NCBI GenBank assembly: GCA_041447035.1
Contig: JBGOFE010000049.1
Span: 1-40,657 of the forward strand
DNA: 40,657 bases
Origin: Candidatus Fervidibacter sp.
GTDB lineage: Bacteria; Armatimonadota; Fervidibacteria; Fervidibacterales; Fervidibacteraceae
Reading direction: 5' to 3'
Below are positions 24,908 through 32,875 of the stretch, piece by piece. The translations under genes and the position numbers were made by a program. Below the pieces are notes generated by a model, which saw only the letters and a program-made list of their open reading frames with translations, did no database searches and was not told where the DNA came from. Every line of letters starts with the position of its first letter. Within the stretch, counting starts at the first letter, position 1.

Positions 24908-26755
24908 TTATGCCAGCCGCTTAAATTGGGAGAGGTCGTTAACGCTGGGGATTTGAGCGCCCAAGCGCTGGCGGAGCATCAGCAGTTGCTGTTCTACGGC
25001 GATGAATTGGCGGCGAAGCCGCTCGCCCTCACGGTCAATGCGCTCATTAAATTCGCTGATGCGTCGGTCAAGGTCTTGCATGCGCAAATTCAAAAGGGCA
25101 GGTTGGCGCGCCACGACGCCCGAAGGCACTGTGTTGCCCCCGAAAGCCGTTGGAGAGGAAGAAAGCCAGTCATCCAACCGCCGCTTCAACCGGACGGCAA
25201 TGCCATCTTCCGTTGCGTCCACAATGCCATTCCCGTTGGCGTCGTTGAAAAACAACCGCACTACCTTGCTCGCATCGGCGTCTAAAGCGCTTTGCAACTT
25301 CGTTTCATCCAGAGAAAGCGTCCCGTCGTTGTTGAGGGTGATGCCGATTTGCGCCAAAAGTTGCATGTCCGACGGTAGGCTGACAACGGGTTTTGACACT
25401 TCCTGCACCATCGTGGAGCGGACGAAGACAAGGGTGCTATCGCCCCGCAGCAGCCCGACTTTTCGTTCGGCGTCCGTCTGGGGGTTGTCCACAGGTTTTT
25501 CCGTCAGCCGCTGATACATGAGGGAGACGGCGGCGTTGAACTTGTCCACAAAGGTTTTAATGGCGCTTTTCAAAGTGGCTTTGTCTTGACCGACGGTGAC
25601 CGTTACTGTCTTGTTCGGGTCAGCGCTAACCAATTGGAGCGTCACGCCTGGGATGACATCGCTGATGGTGTTGGTGGCTCGGACGATGTCTTGACCGTTG
25701 TTGAAGCCGGCGACCTGGATGACAGCATCCTTACCTAAGGTCACTTGGGCACGGGCGTTGGCGCCGCTGTCCAGAAGACCGAGGGCATCCAACAAATTGC
25801 CACTGACATCGGCGCGGGCGATGGAGTTAGAACCTGTTGTCTTGCTGACCAACACCACTTTGTCGGCGACTGGGTCGTAATAAGCCTGAACATCGGGCAC
25901 ATTTTGGTTGATGCGTTGGATGATGGCGTTCAAACTGTCCACGCTGGCATCGTAATTGATGGTCACGCCGTTGATGGTGAAACTGCCTGTCGTGGCAGTT
26001 AGCGCCACCCGAAGGTTGTCGTTTGAAAGGGCGACATCGCCCCGCAATCGTCCCAAGTGAGCGGTGGACTGGCGGATGTAGTTGGTGCCGTTAAAGGTTT
26101 GCGATGAACCGAGCAATCCTGCCACTTGCAAAAAGTTGCTTGTGTCATTCGGCGAACCGAGGGCGATGGGGTTGGCAGAGGTGAGGACGAGGACATCGTT
26201 GGTGGCGTCGTAACTGGCAGTCACGCCTGTCCCACTGCTGTTGATGTGACTGATGACGGTGTTGAGGGTGTCCGTCGTTGGGTTAACGGCGATTTGCACC
26301 CCGTTGATGGTAAAAGTGCCAGCCGTCACCGTTCCCAAGACAGACCGCAGGGTTTGTAAAGGGGCATTGGGGTCAACGGGAGCGCCGACACCGAGGGTGT
26401 AGCCGTTAAAGCCCGAACTGACGCGGGTCGCCGTCGCCAGTTGCTTGACCGTCACTTGATAACTGCCCGCGACGGCATTAGGGCTGGCGGTCGCTTGGAG
26501 CAGGTCGGGAGCGGAAGAGGTGGCGACGAAGGGAAGGGCTTGCCCTTTGGTTAGGAAGGGACTGAGGGCGCTTTGAAGGTCGGAAAGTTTTTGCTGGATT
26601 TCCTGCCACAACTCACTTTGGAGGCGCAAGCGGTCTTTTTGTTGTTGCAATTGCAAGACAGGTTGGCGACGGATTTCCAAGAGGGCGTCAATGACTTGGT
26701 CAAAGTCAATGCCTGAAATCAGTCCTGTGAAGCGAACGGGTGGCGTCGTTGCCAT
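24908..26755 (-). CDS. fliD: Flagellar filament cap protein FliD
   Basis: FTGLISGIDFDQVIDAL N-terminus, VKQLATA, TNTISDVIPGVTL, FVDKFN, LAQIGI; AGGAGG before ATG 26755. Confidence 0.94.
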   Translation of the reverse strand: MATTPPVRFTGLISGIDFDQVIDALLEIRRQPVLQLQQQKDRLRLQSELWQEIQQKLSDLQSALSPFLTKGQALPFVATSSAPDLLQATASPNAVAGSYQVTVKQLATATRVSSGFNGYTLGVGAPVDPNAPLQTLRSVLGTVTAGTFTINGVQIAVNPTTDTLNTVISHINSSGTGVTASYDATNDVLVLTSANPIALGSPNDTSNFLQVAGLLGSSQTFNGTNYIRQSTAHLGRLRGDVALSNDNLRVALTATTGSFTINGVTINYDASVDSLNAIIQRINQNVPDVQAYYDPVADKVVLVSKTTGSNSIARADVSGNLLDALGLLDSGANARAQVTLGKDAVIQVAGFNNGQDIVRATNTISDVIPGVTLQLVSADPNKTVTVTVGQDKATLKSAIKTFVDKFNAAVSLMYQRLTEKPVDNPQTDAERKVGLLRGDSTLVFVRSTMVQEVSKPVVSLPSDMQLLAQIGITLNNDGTLSLDETKLQSALDADASKVVRLFFNDANGNGIVDATEDGIAVRLKRRLDDWLSSSPTAFGGNTVPSGVVARQPALLNLRMQDLDRRISEFNERIDREGERLRRQFIAVEQQLLMLRQRLGAQIPSVNDLSQFKRLA

Positions 26756-26780
26756 CTTTCCTGCCTCCTTTGAAAGGGAG

Positions 26781-26810
26781 CCGGGTGGCGGCGCGGGCAC
26801 CGCCACCCGG
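26781..26810 (-). terminator. GC-rich stem-loop between fliC and fliD (partial terminator or mRNA stabiliser)
   Basis: CCGGGTGGCGG-N8-CCGCCACCCGG perfect 11-bp stem; only a weak U-tract follows on the minus strand. Confidence 0.6.
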
Positions 26811-26848
26811 AACGGACGGGGCGGCTACGGCGTCGGGCTGCTCGGGCG

Positions 26849-27673
26849 CTAACGCAGCAATTGCAAGACCGTCTGCGGGACAGCGTTGGCTTGTGCCAGA
26901 GCGGCGACGCCTGTCTGTTGCAAGATTTGCAACCGTGTCAACTGGATAACCGCTTGCGCCATGTCCACATCGCGGATGCGGCTTTCCGCCGCTGACTGGT
27001 TTTCGTTAGCGATGTTGTTGTTGGAAACGATGCGCTCCAAGCGGTTCTGGAAAGCCCCCAAGCGGGCGCGCAAGTCGGTGACGAAACTGATGGCTTGGTC
27101 AATGGACACGATAGCGTTGGAAGCAGCGCCCAAAGTGGCGACGCTCAAGCCGCTCAAGGTCATGGCAGCGGCGTTGACGGTGGCGATGGTGATGCCGACG
27201 ACTTCTCCGGCGTTGGCGCCGACTTGGAAAGTCAAGGGAGTGGAGGCGAAAGCACCGCTCAACAACTTCTTGGTGTTGAACTGGGTCGTGTTGCCGATGT
27301 AATCCAGTTGCGCCAGCAGGTTGTCCACTTCCTTTTGAATTTGCTGCCGGTCGGCATCCGTCAGGTGGTCGTTAGCGGCTTGGACAGCCAGTTCCCGCAG
27401 GCGCTGCAGGATGCTATGAACTTCGTTCAACGCCCCTTCGGCTGTCTGCACCAACGAGATGCCGTGCTGGGCGTTATCCGTTGCGACCTGCAACCCGCGC
27501 ACTTGCGTCCGCAGTTTCTCCGAGACCGCTAAGCCAGCGGCATCGTCCGAGGCGCGGTTGATGCGCAACCCTGACGCCATCTTTTCCAAGACTTTGCTGA
27601 GTTCAAAATCAGTGGCGACAAGGTTGCGGTGGACATTGAGCGCCGACACATTGGTGTTGATGCGGAGACCCAT
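26849..27673 (-). CDS. fliC: Flagellin (minimal, 274 aa)
   Basis: RINTN, SGLRINRASDDAAGL, LQRLRELAVQA, FQVGAN, ESRIRDVDMA, AQAN..PQ.VLQLL. Confidence 0.98.
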   Translation of the reverse strand: MGLRINTNVSALNVHRNLVATDFELSKVLEKMASGLRINRASDDAAGLAVSEKLRTQVRGLQVATDNAQHGISLVQTAEGALNEVHSILQRLRELAVQAANDHLTDADRQQIQKEVDNLLAQLDYIGNTTQFNTKKLLSGAFASTPLTFQVGANAGEVVGITIATVNAAAMTLSGLSVATLGAASNAIVSIDQAISFVTDLRARLGAFQNRLERIVSNNNIANENQSAAESRIRDVDMAQAVIQLTRLQILQQTGVAALAQANAVPQTVLQLLR

Positions 27674-27742
27674 CAAACATCCCTCCTTCGTGGCATGGCG
27701 TCTTGGACGACCGAAGTTTTTTCCTTCGTTCGTCCGCCTCTC

Positions 27743-27770
27743 TTATCGGAAAAAGCCTGTAGGAACTTTA
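27743..27770 (-). promoter_or_regulatory. sigma28 promoter of fliC-fliD
   Basis: TAAA-N16-TCCGATAA on the minus strand, about 70 bp upstream of the flagellin ATG. Confidence 0.8.
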
Positions 27771-27828
27771 GGGGGACGGCGTTACAGCGCTCTTTCTCAC
27801 CGACGCAAAAAGAAAGTTCACCCTTCGC

Positions 27829-27857
27829 TAAAAACTTTCCCGCCCTTTTGCCGATAG
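27829..27857 (+). promoter_or_regulatory. sigma28 promoter of fliS-glycosyltransferase
   Basis: TAAAAA...GCCGATAG (spacer 15-17 bp depending on the register in the A run). Confidence 0.7.
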
Positions 27858-27885
27858 TCCTTGAGGCGAAAGGAGGCTAAAGGCG

Positions 27886-28257
27886 ATGATTGTCAACCCT
27901 TACTTGCAACAAATGGTTGAGACAGCGACACCCGTGCAACTTATTGGTTTGCTCTTTCGGCGCGGCAGCGAACTGATGGACGAAGCCGAACAAGCCTTGA
28001 CGGAGCGAAACTTGGAGCGAGCCGATGAAGCCTTGACAAAGGCTCAAAAAATCGTCGCCGAACTCATCAGCAGTTTGGACATGGAAAAGGGCGGCGAAAT
28101 CGCTGTCAACCTGCGTCGCCTCTACACCTTCGTTTGGGAGCGTCTTTTGCACGCCAACTTGCGCAAATCCGTTGAACCGCTTCAGGACGCCAAACAAGTT
28201 TGGTCTCAACTTTGCGAGTTGTGGGAGCAAGTGGAGCAAAACGAAGGAGGTGCTTAA
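27886..28257 (+). CDS. fliS: Flagellin chaperone FliS
   Basis: NPY...VETATPVQL, KAQKIVAEL.SSLDMEKGGEIAVNLRRLY; AAGGAGG RBS. Confidence 0.95.
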   Translation: MIVNPYLQQMVETATPVQLIGLLFRRGSELMDEAEQALTERNLERADEALTKAQKIVAELISSLDMEKGGEIAVNLRRLYTFVWERLLHANLRKSVEPLQDAKQVWSQLCELWEQVEQNEGGA

Positions 28258-28259
28258 CA

Positions 28260-31200
28260 ATGCAGCAAAATGGCGGCTTCGGCGCGGGCGCAAAAGCGTG
28301 GATTTACAGCAAAAAGGTGCACCATTATCGGCGTGAATATGCCCATCAGCCTGTTTGCAACATGACCATGCTGGAGTTTGTCCCGATATGGGCAAAGCGC
28401 ATCTTGGACATCGGTTGCTGCATGGGTGGGGCAGGACGGATTTTGAAGCAACGGCAAGCCTGCGAAGTTTGGGGCGCGGAAATTGCGCCTGAACTTGCCC
28501 GCATCGCCGCCCAGCACTACGAAAAGGTCATCGTCGGCGACATTGAAGATGATGCCGTTTGGCAACAACTGCCCAAAGGCTACTTTGATGCCGTCATCTG
28601 CGGCGAAGTTCTGGAGCACCTCATTGCGCCCGAACGGGTTCTAAAGCGACTGCACGAAGTCATCACGCCTGACGCCACTTTAGTGCTCAGCGTTCCCCAT
28701 GTTGGACATGTTTCTGTCATCAGGAAACTCCTGCAAGGCAAGTTTGACTACGAACCGACAGGCATTTTGGACAGCAGCCACTTGCGATTTTTCAGCCGAA
28801 AAAATCTGTGGCGGCTCTTGAGGGAAAGCGGATGGTTGGTGACCCACAGCATTACTGGCGTCGTCCCAACTGAGTTGTCCGACAACTTGCGAGAGGCTTT
28901 GCTCCGCAGCAAATGGGCAACTCACGCAGGTTTAAGCGAAACGCAAATCATTGGCTTTGCCCTCGCTGCCCGAAAGATGCCCTGCGATGTGGCGATGGGC
29001 AATGAGCCGACGGACGGTTTAGTCAGCATCATCATCCTCAACTGGAACAACTTGCGTTACCTTCGCCGTTGCGTTGAAAGCGTTTTCGCTTACACTCGTC
29101 AACCTTTTGAACTCATCATCGTGGACAACGGCTCAACGGACGGCTCAAGGCGATACTTGAACGAACTGGTTCGCCAACACCGCAATGTCAAGGTGGTTTT
29201 GAACGAACGCAACATTGGCGCTCCTGCTGGACGAAACTGCGGTTTGGCTGTCGCCGAAGGTGACTTCATCGTTTTCCTTGACAGCGACACAGTTGTCACC
29301 GACGGTTGGCTTGATCGGTTGCTCCGTTGGATGGAAATTGACCCGACCATTGGCATGGTCGGTCCGTGTTCCAACTTCGCATCGGGTCAGCAAATTGAAG
29401 TCAACTACCGCAACTTGAAAGAGATGCACGAGTTCGCTCAACATTGGTGCGCCCGAAATTGCGGAACAGGTTTTGAAATCACAGTCCTCATCAGTTTTTG
29501 CGTCTTGATGCGCCGCAGCGTCATTGATGCCATCGGCGGCATGGATGCCCGTTTCGGACTCATCATGCACGAGGACATTGACCACTCCCTTCGGGCAAGG
29601 GTGGCAGGTTTTCGGTGCTGGTTGGCTGTTGATGCTTTCGTTCACCACTATGGCAACCGAACGAGCGGGCGGTTGGGCGTTGAGAAGATGATGGAAGCCG
29701 CCTTCCCTCGCTTCAAGGAGAAATGGAACTTGCCCGAAGAGGCAGAAAAGTATCGCCCACGCCTCATGCTTGTGCCCGAACTTTTTGACATTCGCCGCCG
29801 CCCACCAAAGCCCAAAGACCTTTACGAGCCACTCCCTGACCCAAGTGCCTTGACCGTTCTGGATGGACGCAAGTTCAAGCCGCTGATTTCGCTGTGCATG
29901 ATTGTCAAGGACGAAGCCGACAACTTGCCTCGGTGTTTGGAGAGCGTGAAAGGCATCGTGGACGAAATCGTCGTCGTGGACACGGGTTCAACGGATGAGA
30001 CGCCCCAAATTGCCGAGCGCTACGGCGCAAAAGTCATTCGCTTTGAGTGGACGGGAAGTTTCAGCGACGCCCGCAATGAGTCGCTCAAGCACGCAACGGG
30101 TGAATGGATTTTGTGGCTTGATGCTGACGAAGCGTTGGCGGATGGCAAGGAGAACTTGCGAAAGTTGCTGGAAACGAACGACGAATACGATGGCTTCATC
30201 TTGCCGATGGTCAGTTTCGTCGGTCACCGTTCGCACCGAGAAGGTCATGTCCATCCCGCTTTCAGGCTTTTTCGCAACCTGAAAGGCATTCGGTTTGAGC
30301 GCAACTTGCACGAGCAAATTGCCAGTTCCATCAAACAAGTCAAGCCTGACGCCAAGTTCGGCGTCTTGCCCGTTTGGATTGAGCATTACGGCTACTTGAG
30401 CCCTTTGGTTCGGCGCAAGCAAAAAGTCGCCCGCAATTTGGAGTTGGCGAAGAAGGATTTGCATGCCAACCCGTTTGATCCCTTCGCTTGGTATAACTTG
30501 GGGCGGGAGTATTTGCGGTTGCGACAATGGGAGCGGGCTTTCTATTGCTTTCGGCGGGCGTTGGTGCACTTGGGTGACACCTTCACGCCCTATCTTCTTC
30601 GCTGCCTTTGCGATGCCGTGCACTGCTTGATGCAACTGAACCGACCACAGCAAGCCATAGCACTTTTGCGGGAATCAAAACAGTTGCCCATCACGACGCC
30701 TGACTTTTGGATGCTGGAAGGGCAAGTGCTGTTCACTTTGGGCGATTGGACGGGAGCGTTGCGGGCGTTCCAAGGAGCACTTTCCTTCGCCTCTCAATTG
30801 CCGACCAACTTTGATTGGACGGAAGGCGCTACTTCCTACGGCGCTTGGTATTGGATGGGCTTATGCCATCAAAAGATGGGGCAATTGCCCGACGCCCTGC
30901 AGTGCTTTGGAAGGGCGATTCAACAAGCGTTGCTGCGGCGCCGCTACTATGAGCCTGCCATCACATCTTTCGTGCAGTTGGTTTTACCGCAGTGCCGCTC
31001 TGTTGATGACTTGGAACGGGCGCTTGCCCCATTTGTGCCTGAAGGCATTTCCACACACCCGCAACTTGCCGTTTTGGTCGCCAAAGCGGCATTAAGCCAT
31101 TACCCGTTGCCGCCATGCGCATTGGAAGTCTCAAAAGCGCTGATGGAACGGGACACGGGACAAGGGACACGGGACACGGTTGATGAGACGGAGCGGATTT

Positions 31201-31886
31201 TTGTTGAGGGCAAGTTGGCGCTTTTGGAGCACCGCTATGCGGAGGCGGCTCGCTTGTTCGCCCAAATTCCGCTAACCGCACCTGAAGGTGCAACGGCTTG
31301 GAACTTGAAAGTTCTCGCCCACGCCCTCGTTGGCGAGTGGGACGAAGCGTTCTCTTCCTGCAACGGCGATTCGCTCTGGCAGGCGTTATTGAGACTCTGG
31401 CAAAACGGCTTAAACGCTTCTGACTGCCTACCTGCCCAACTGCCTACCTGCCCACCTGAATTGCTTCCTTTGCTTCAAGAGAACTTCCGAGACTTGCTGG
31501 CGCTTTTGTTGCAACTTCAGGAGTTTGAGCGCTACGAACAAGCGTTGAGTTTGTTGAACTGGCTCGTTTCAGATGAGCGGGAGCGGACAATGTTGCTGGG
31601 CAAACTTTACGGGCAGTTTGGCTTTTGGGACATGGTTTTGGAGACGCTGCTTCCGCTCGCTCAAAACGGCGGCATGGACAGGGAAAGTTGGCGGCTGTTG
31701 GCTCGTGCCTGCCAGCACAAAGGCTTTTACGATGAGGCGGCAGCGATTTTGCTGCGACTGATTGAAAGCGACGAGCGAAAAGACGAAGCCCTTGCCGATT
31801 ACATGGCTTTGGCAGGTTGCTACATCGCCGCAGGCGATAGCCCTCGTGCCCAGCAAATCCTCGCCTTAGTGGGACGGATGGGGTAA
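28260..31886 (+). CDS. Multidomain SAM methyltransferase-GT2-GT2-TPR protein, probable flagellin glycosyltransferase
   Basis: ILDIGCCMGG and FDAVICGEVLEHL (class I MTase); VSIIILNWN, VDNGSTDG, FLDSD, HED (GT2 no.1); CMIVKDE, DTGSTD, WLDADE, LHEQ, HYGY (GT2 no.2); TPR-like helices; AAGGAGG before ATG 28260. Confidence 0.85.
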   Translation: MQQNGGFGAGAKAWIYSKKVHHYRREYAHQPVCNMTMLEFVPIWAKRILDIGCCMGGAGRILKQRQACEVWGAEIAPELARIAAQHYEKVIVGDIEDDAVWQQLPKGYFDAVICGEVLEHLIAPERVLKRLHEVITPDATLVLSVPHVGHVSVIRKLLQGKFDYEPTGILDSSHLRFFSRKNLWRLLRESGWLVTHSITGVVPTELSDNLREALLRSKWATHAGLSETQIIGFALAARKMPCDVAMGNEPTDGLVSIIILNWNNLRYLRRCVESVFAYTRQPFELIIVDNGSTDGSRRYLNELVRQHRNVKVVLNERNIGAPAGRNCGLAVAEGDFIVFLDSDTVVTDGWLDRLLRWMEIDPTIGMVGPCSNFASGQQIEVNYRNLKEMHEFAQHWCARNCGTGFEITVLISFCVLMRRSVIDAIGGMDARFGLIMHEDIDHSLRARVAGFRCWLAVDAFVHHYGNRTSGRLGVEKMMEAAFPRFKEKWNLPEEAEKYRPRLMLVPELFDIRRRPPKPKDLYEPLPDPSALTVLDGRKFKPLISLCMIVKDEADNLPRCLESVKGIVDEIVVVDTGSTDETPQIAERYGAKVIRFEWTGSFSDARNESLKHATGEWILWLDADEALADGKENLRKLLETNDEYDGFILPMVSFVGHRSHREGHVHPAFRLFRNLKGIRFERNLHEQIASSIKQVKPDAKFGVLPVWIEHYGYLSPLVRRKQKVARNLELAKKDLHANPFDPFAWYNLGREYLRLRQWERAFYCFRRALVHLGDTFTPYLLRCLCDAVHCLMQLNRPQQAIALLRESKQLPITTPDFWMLEGQVLFTLGDWTGALRAFQGALSFASQLPTNFDWTEGATSYGAWYWMGLCHQKMGQLPDALQCFGRAIQQALLRRRYYEPAITSFVQLVLPQCRSVDDLERALAPFVPEGISTHPQLAVLVAKAALSHYPLPPCALEVSKALMERDTGQGTRDTVDETERIFVEGKLALLEHRYAEAARLFAQIPLTAPEGATAWNLKVLAHALVGEWDEAFSSCNGDSLWQALLRLWQNGLNASDCLPAQLPTCPPELLPLLQENFRDLLALLLQLQEFERYEQALSLLNWLVSDERERTMLLGKLYGQFGFWDMVLETLLPLAQNGGMDRESWRLLARACQHKGFYDEAAAILLRLIESDERKDEALADYMALAGCYIAAGDSPRAQQILALVGRMG
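31150..31177 (+). repeat. Intragenic 7-bp tandem repeat GGGACA(C/A) x4
   Basis: gggacac gggacaa gggacac gggacac. Confidence 0.9.
31424..31458 (+). repeat. Intragenic 8-bp tandem repeat CTGCC(T/C)A(C/A) x4
   Basis: ctgcctac ctgcccaa ctgcctac ctgcccac ctg. Confidence 0.85.
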
Positions 31887-31930
31887 CCGTCACCGACCGA
31901 AAAGCGTCGGCGTCAACCTGCCGAAGGGCA

Positions 31931-32134
31931 GAGGATGTCGGAAAGTTGTGGGATGGGTTTCGGAGCGTCGCGGTTGATAGCCACTCCAACAAGGATGAGC
32001 AACCCGACACTCCTTGCCTTTGCTGCTTTGCTGAAAAGCCATTTCGCGTCGGCGGGAAGCCAATGATTCATCCTGCTGGAACGGCGATTAACTACGACAA
32101 CCGCAATTCAAGATGTAACTTCCCGAACACCTTC
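31931..32134. mobile_element. MITE-like element copy 3 (diverged)
   Basis: Ends GAGGATGTCGGAAAGTT and AACTTCCCGAACACCTTC are imperfect inverted repeats; 31967-32040 matches 7015-7075 and 24661-24727. Confidence 0.6.
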
Positions 32135-32142
32135 CAAAGGTC

Positions 32143-32171
32143 TTGACGCCTTGCTTCTGCAAGGTTACAAT
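32143..32171 (+). promoter_or_regulatory. sigma70-type promoter of the prepilin gene with a palindrome in the spacer
   Basis: TTGACG-17bp-TACAAT; the spacer contains CCTTGC-N4-GCAAGG (32149-32164). Confidence 0.75.
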
Positions 32172-32219
32172 AATGGCGTCGCTGGGACGACAAATCCTGT
32201 CCAAAGGAGGGTGACGACA

Positions 32220-32873
32220 ATGCGTCGGAGCACCAATTGCCGCAGCGTGTTTGCCGCAGCGTGTTTGCCGCAGCGTGTTTGCCGCACATACCAAGGTGGT
32301 CGCGGTCATGGCTTCACACTCATTGAGTTGTTGGTCGTGATTGCGATCATCGCCATCTTGGCGGCGATTCTGTTCCCCGTGTTCGCACAAGCCCGCGAAA
32401 AAGCCCGTCAAGCCACCTGCACGAGCAATCAGAAAAACATCGCTCTCGCCCTGCAACAATATGCCCAAGATTACGACGAAATCTTTGTCTACTCGCCGAC
32501 TTGGTGCAACATCCCTGGGCGCAATCAGAACCAACCTTGGCGCCCTTACTACCTGTTGGTTGACCCCTATTTGCGCAACCTGCAAGTGTTCACTTGTCCC
32601 AGTGCTCCTCAAATTCAAAACTGCATCAATGGCAGCATTGTCCATCACGGAGTTAACGACGCCATCAACTGGGGATGGGTGCCTCGCACTTTTCGGCTCA
32701 GTTACGGCATCAGCGAGAACATCCAGAACGGCGAACGCCCCAACTTGCCCAGCAACCGCTCTATGCAGACTGCTGTGGTTGGCGGGGCAATGGACGGCGA
32801 TGAAACGACGGCGGGGCAGGCAAAAGCAGCCTGCCCCGTTGCGTTTAACCCTTGCAGGAGGAGGTTGATGTGA
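32220..32873 (+). CDS. Prepilin-type N-terminal cleavage/methylation protein (DUF1559-like), C-terminus apparently damaged
   Basis: [42 protein letters not shown]...[22 protein letters not shown]; AAGGAGG before ATG 32220; no H-X9-DG motif. Confidence 0.85.
   Translation: MRRSTNCRSVFAAACLPQRVCRTYQGGRGHGFTLIELLVVIAIIAILAAILFPVFAQAREKARQATCTSNQKNIALALQQYAQDYDEIFVYSPTWCNIPGRNQNQPWRPYYLLVDPYLRNLQVFTCPSAPQIQNCINGSIVHHGVNDAINWGWVPRTFRLSYGISENIQNGERPNLPSNRSMQTAVVGGAMDGDETTAGQAKAACPVAFNPCRRRLM
32237..32286 (+). repeat. Perfect 14-bp tandem repeat TTGCCGCAGCGTGT x3 plus 8-bp partial
   Basis: Units at 32237, 32251 and 32265, partial unit at 32279; lies in the prepilin leader-coding region. Confidence 0.95.
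32812..32838 (+). terminator. 10-bp GC-rich stem-loop
   Basis: CGGGGCAGGC-AAAAGCA-GCCTGCCCCG, just after an out-of-frame TGA at 32801-32803. Confidence 0.5.
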
Positions 32874-32875
32874 GG

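Noticed and set aside
24649-24956. Small ORFs within MITE copy 2
   Set aside because: They are not conserved as reading frames in the other copies and have no transposase motifs.
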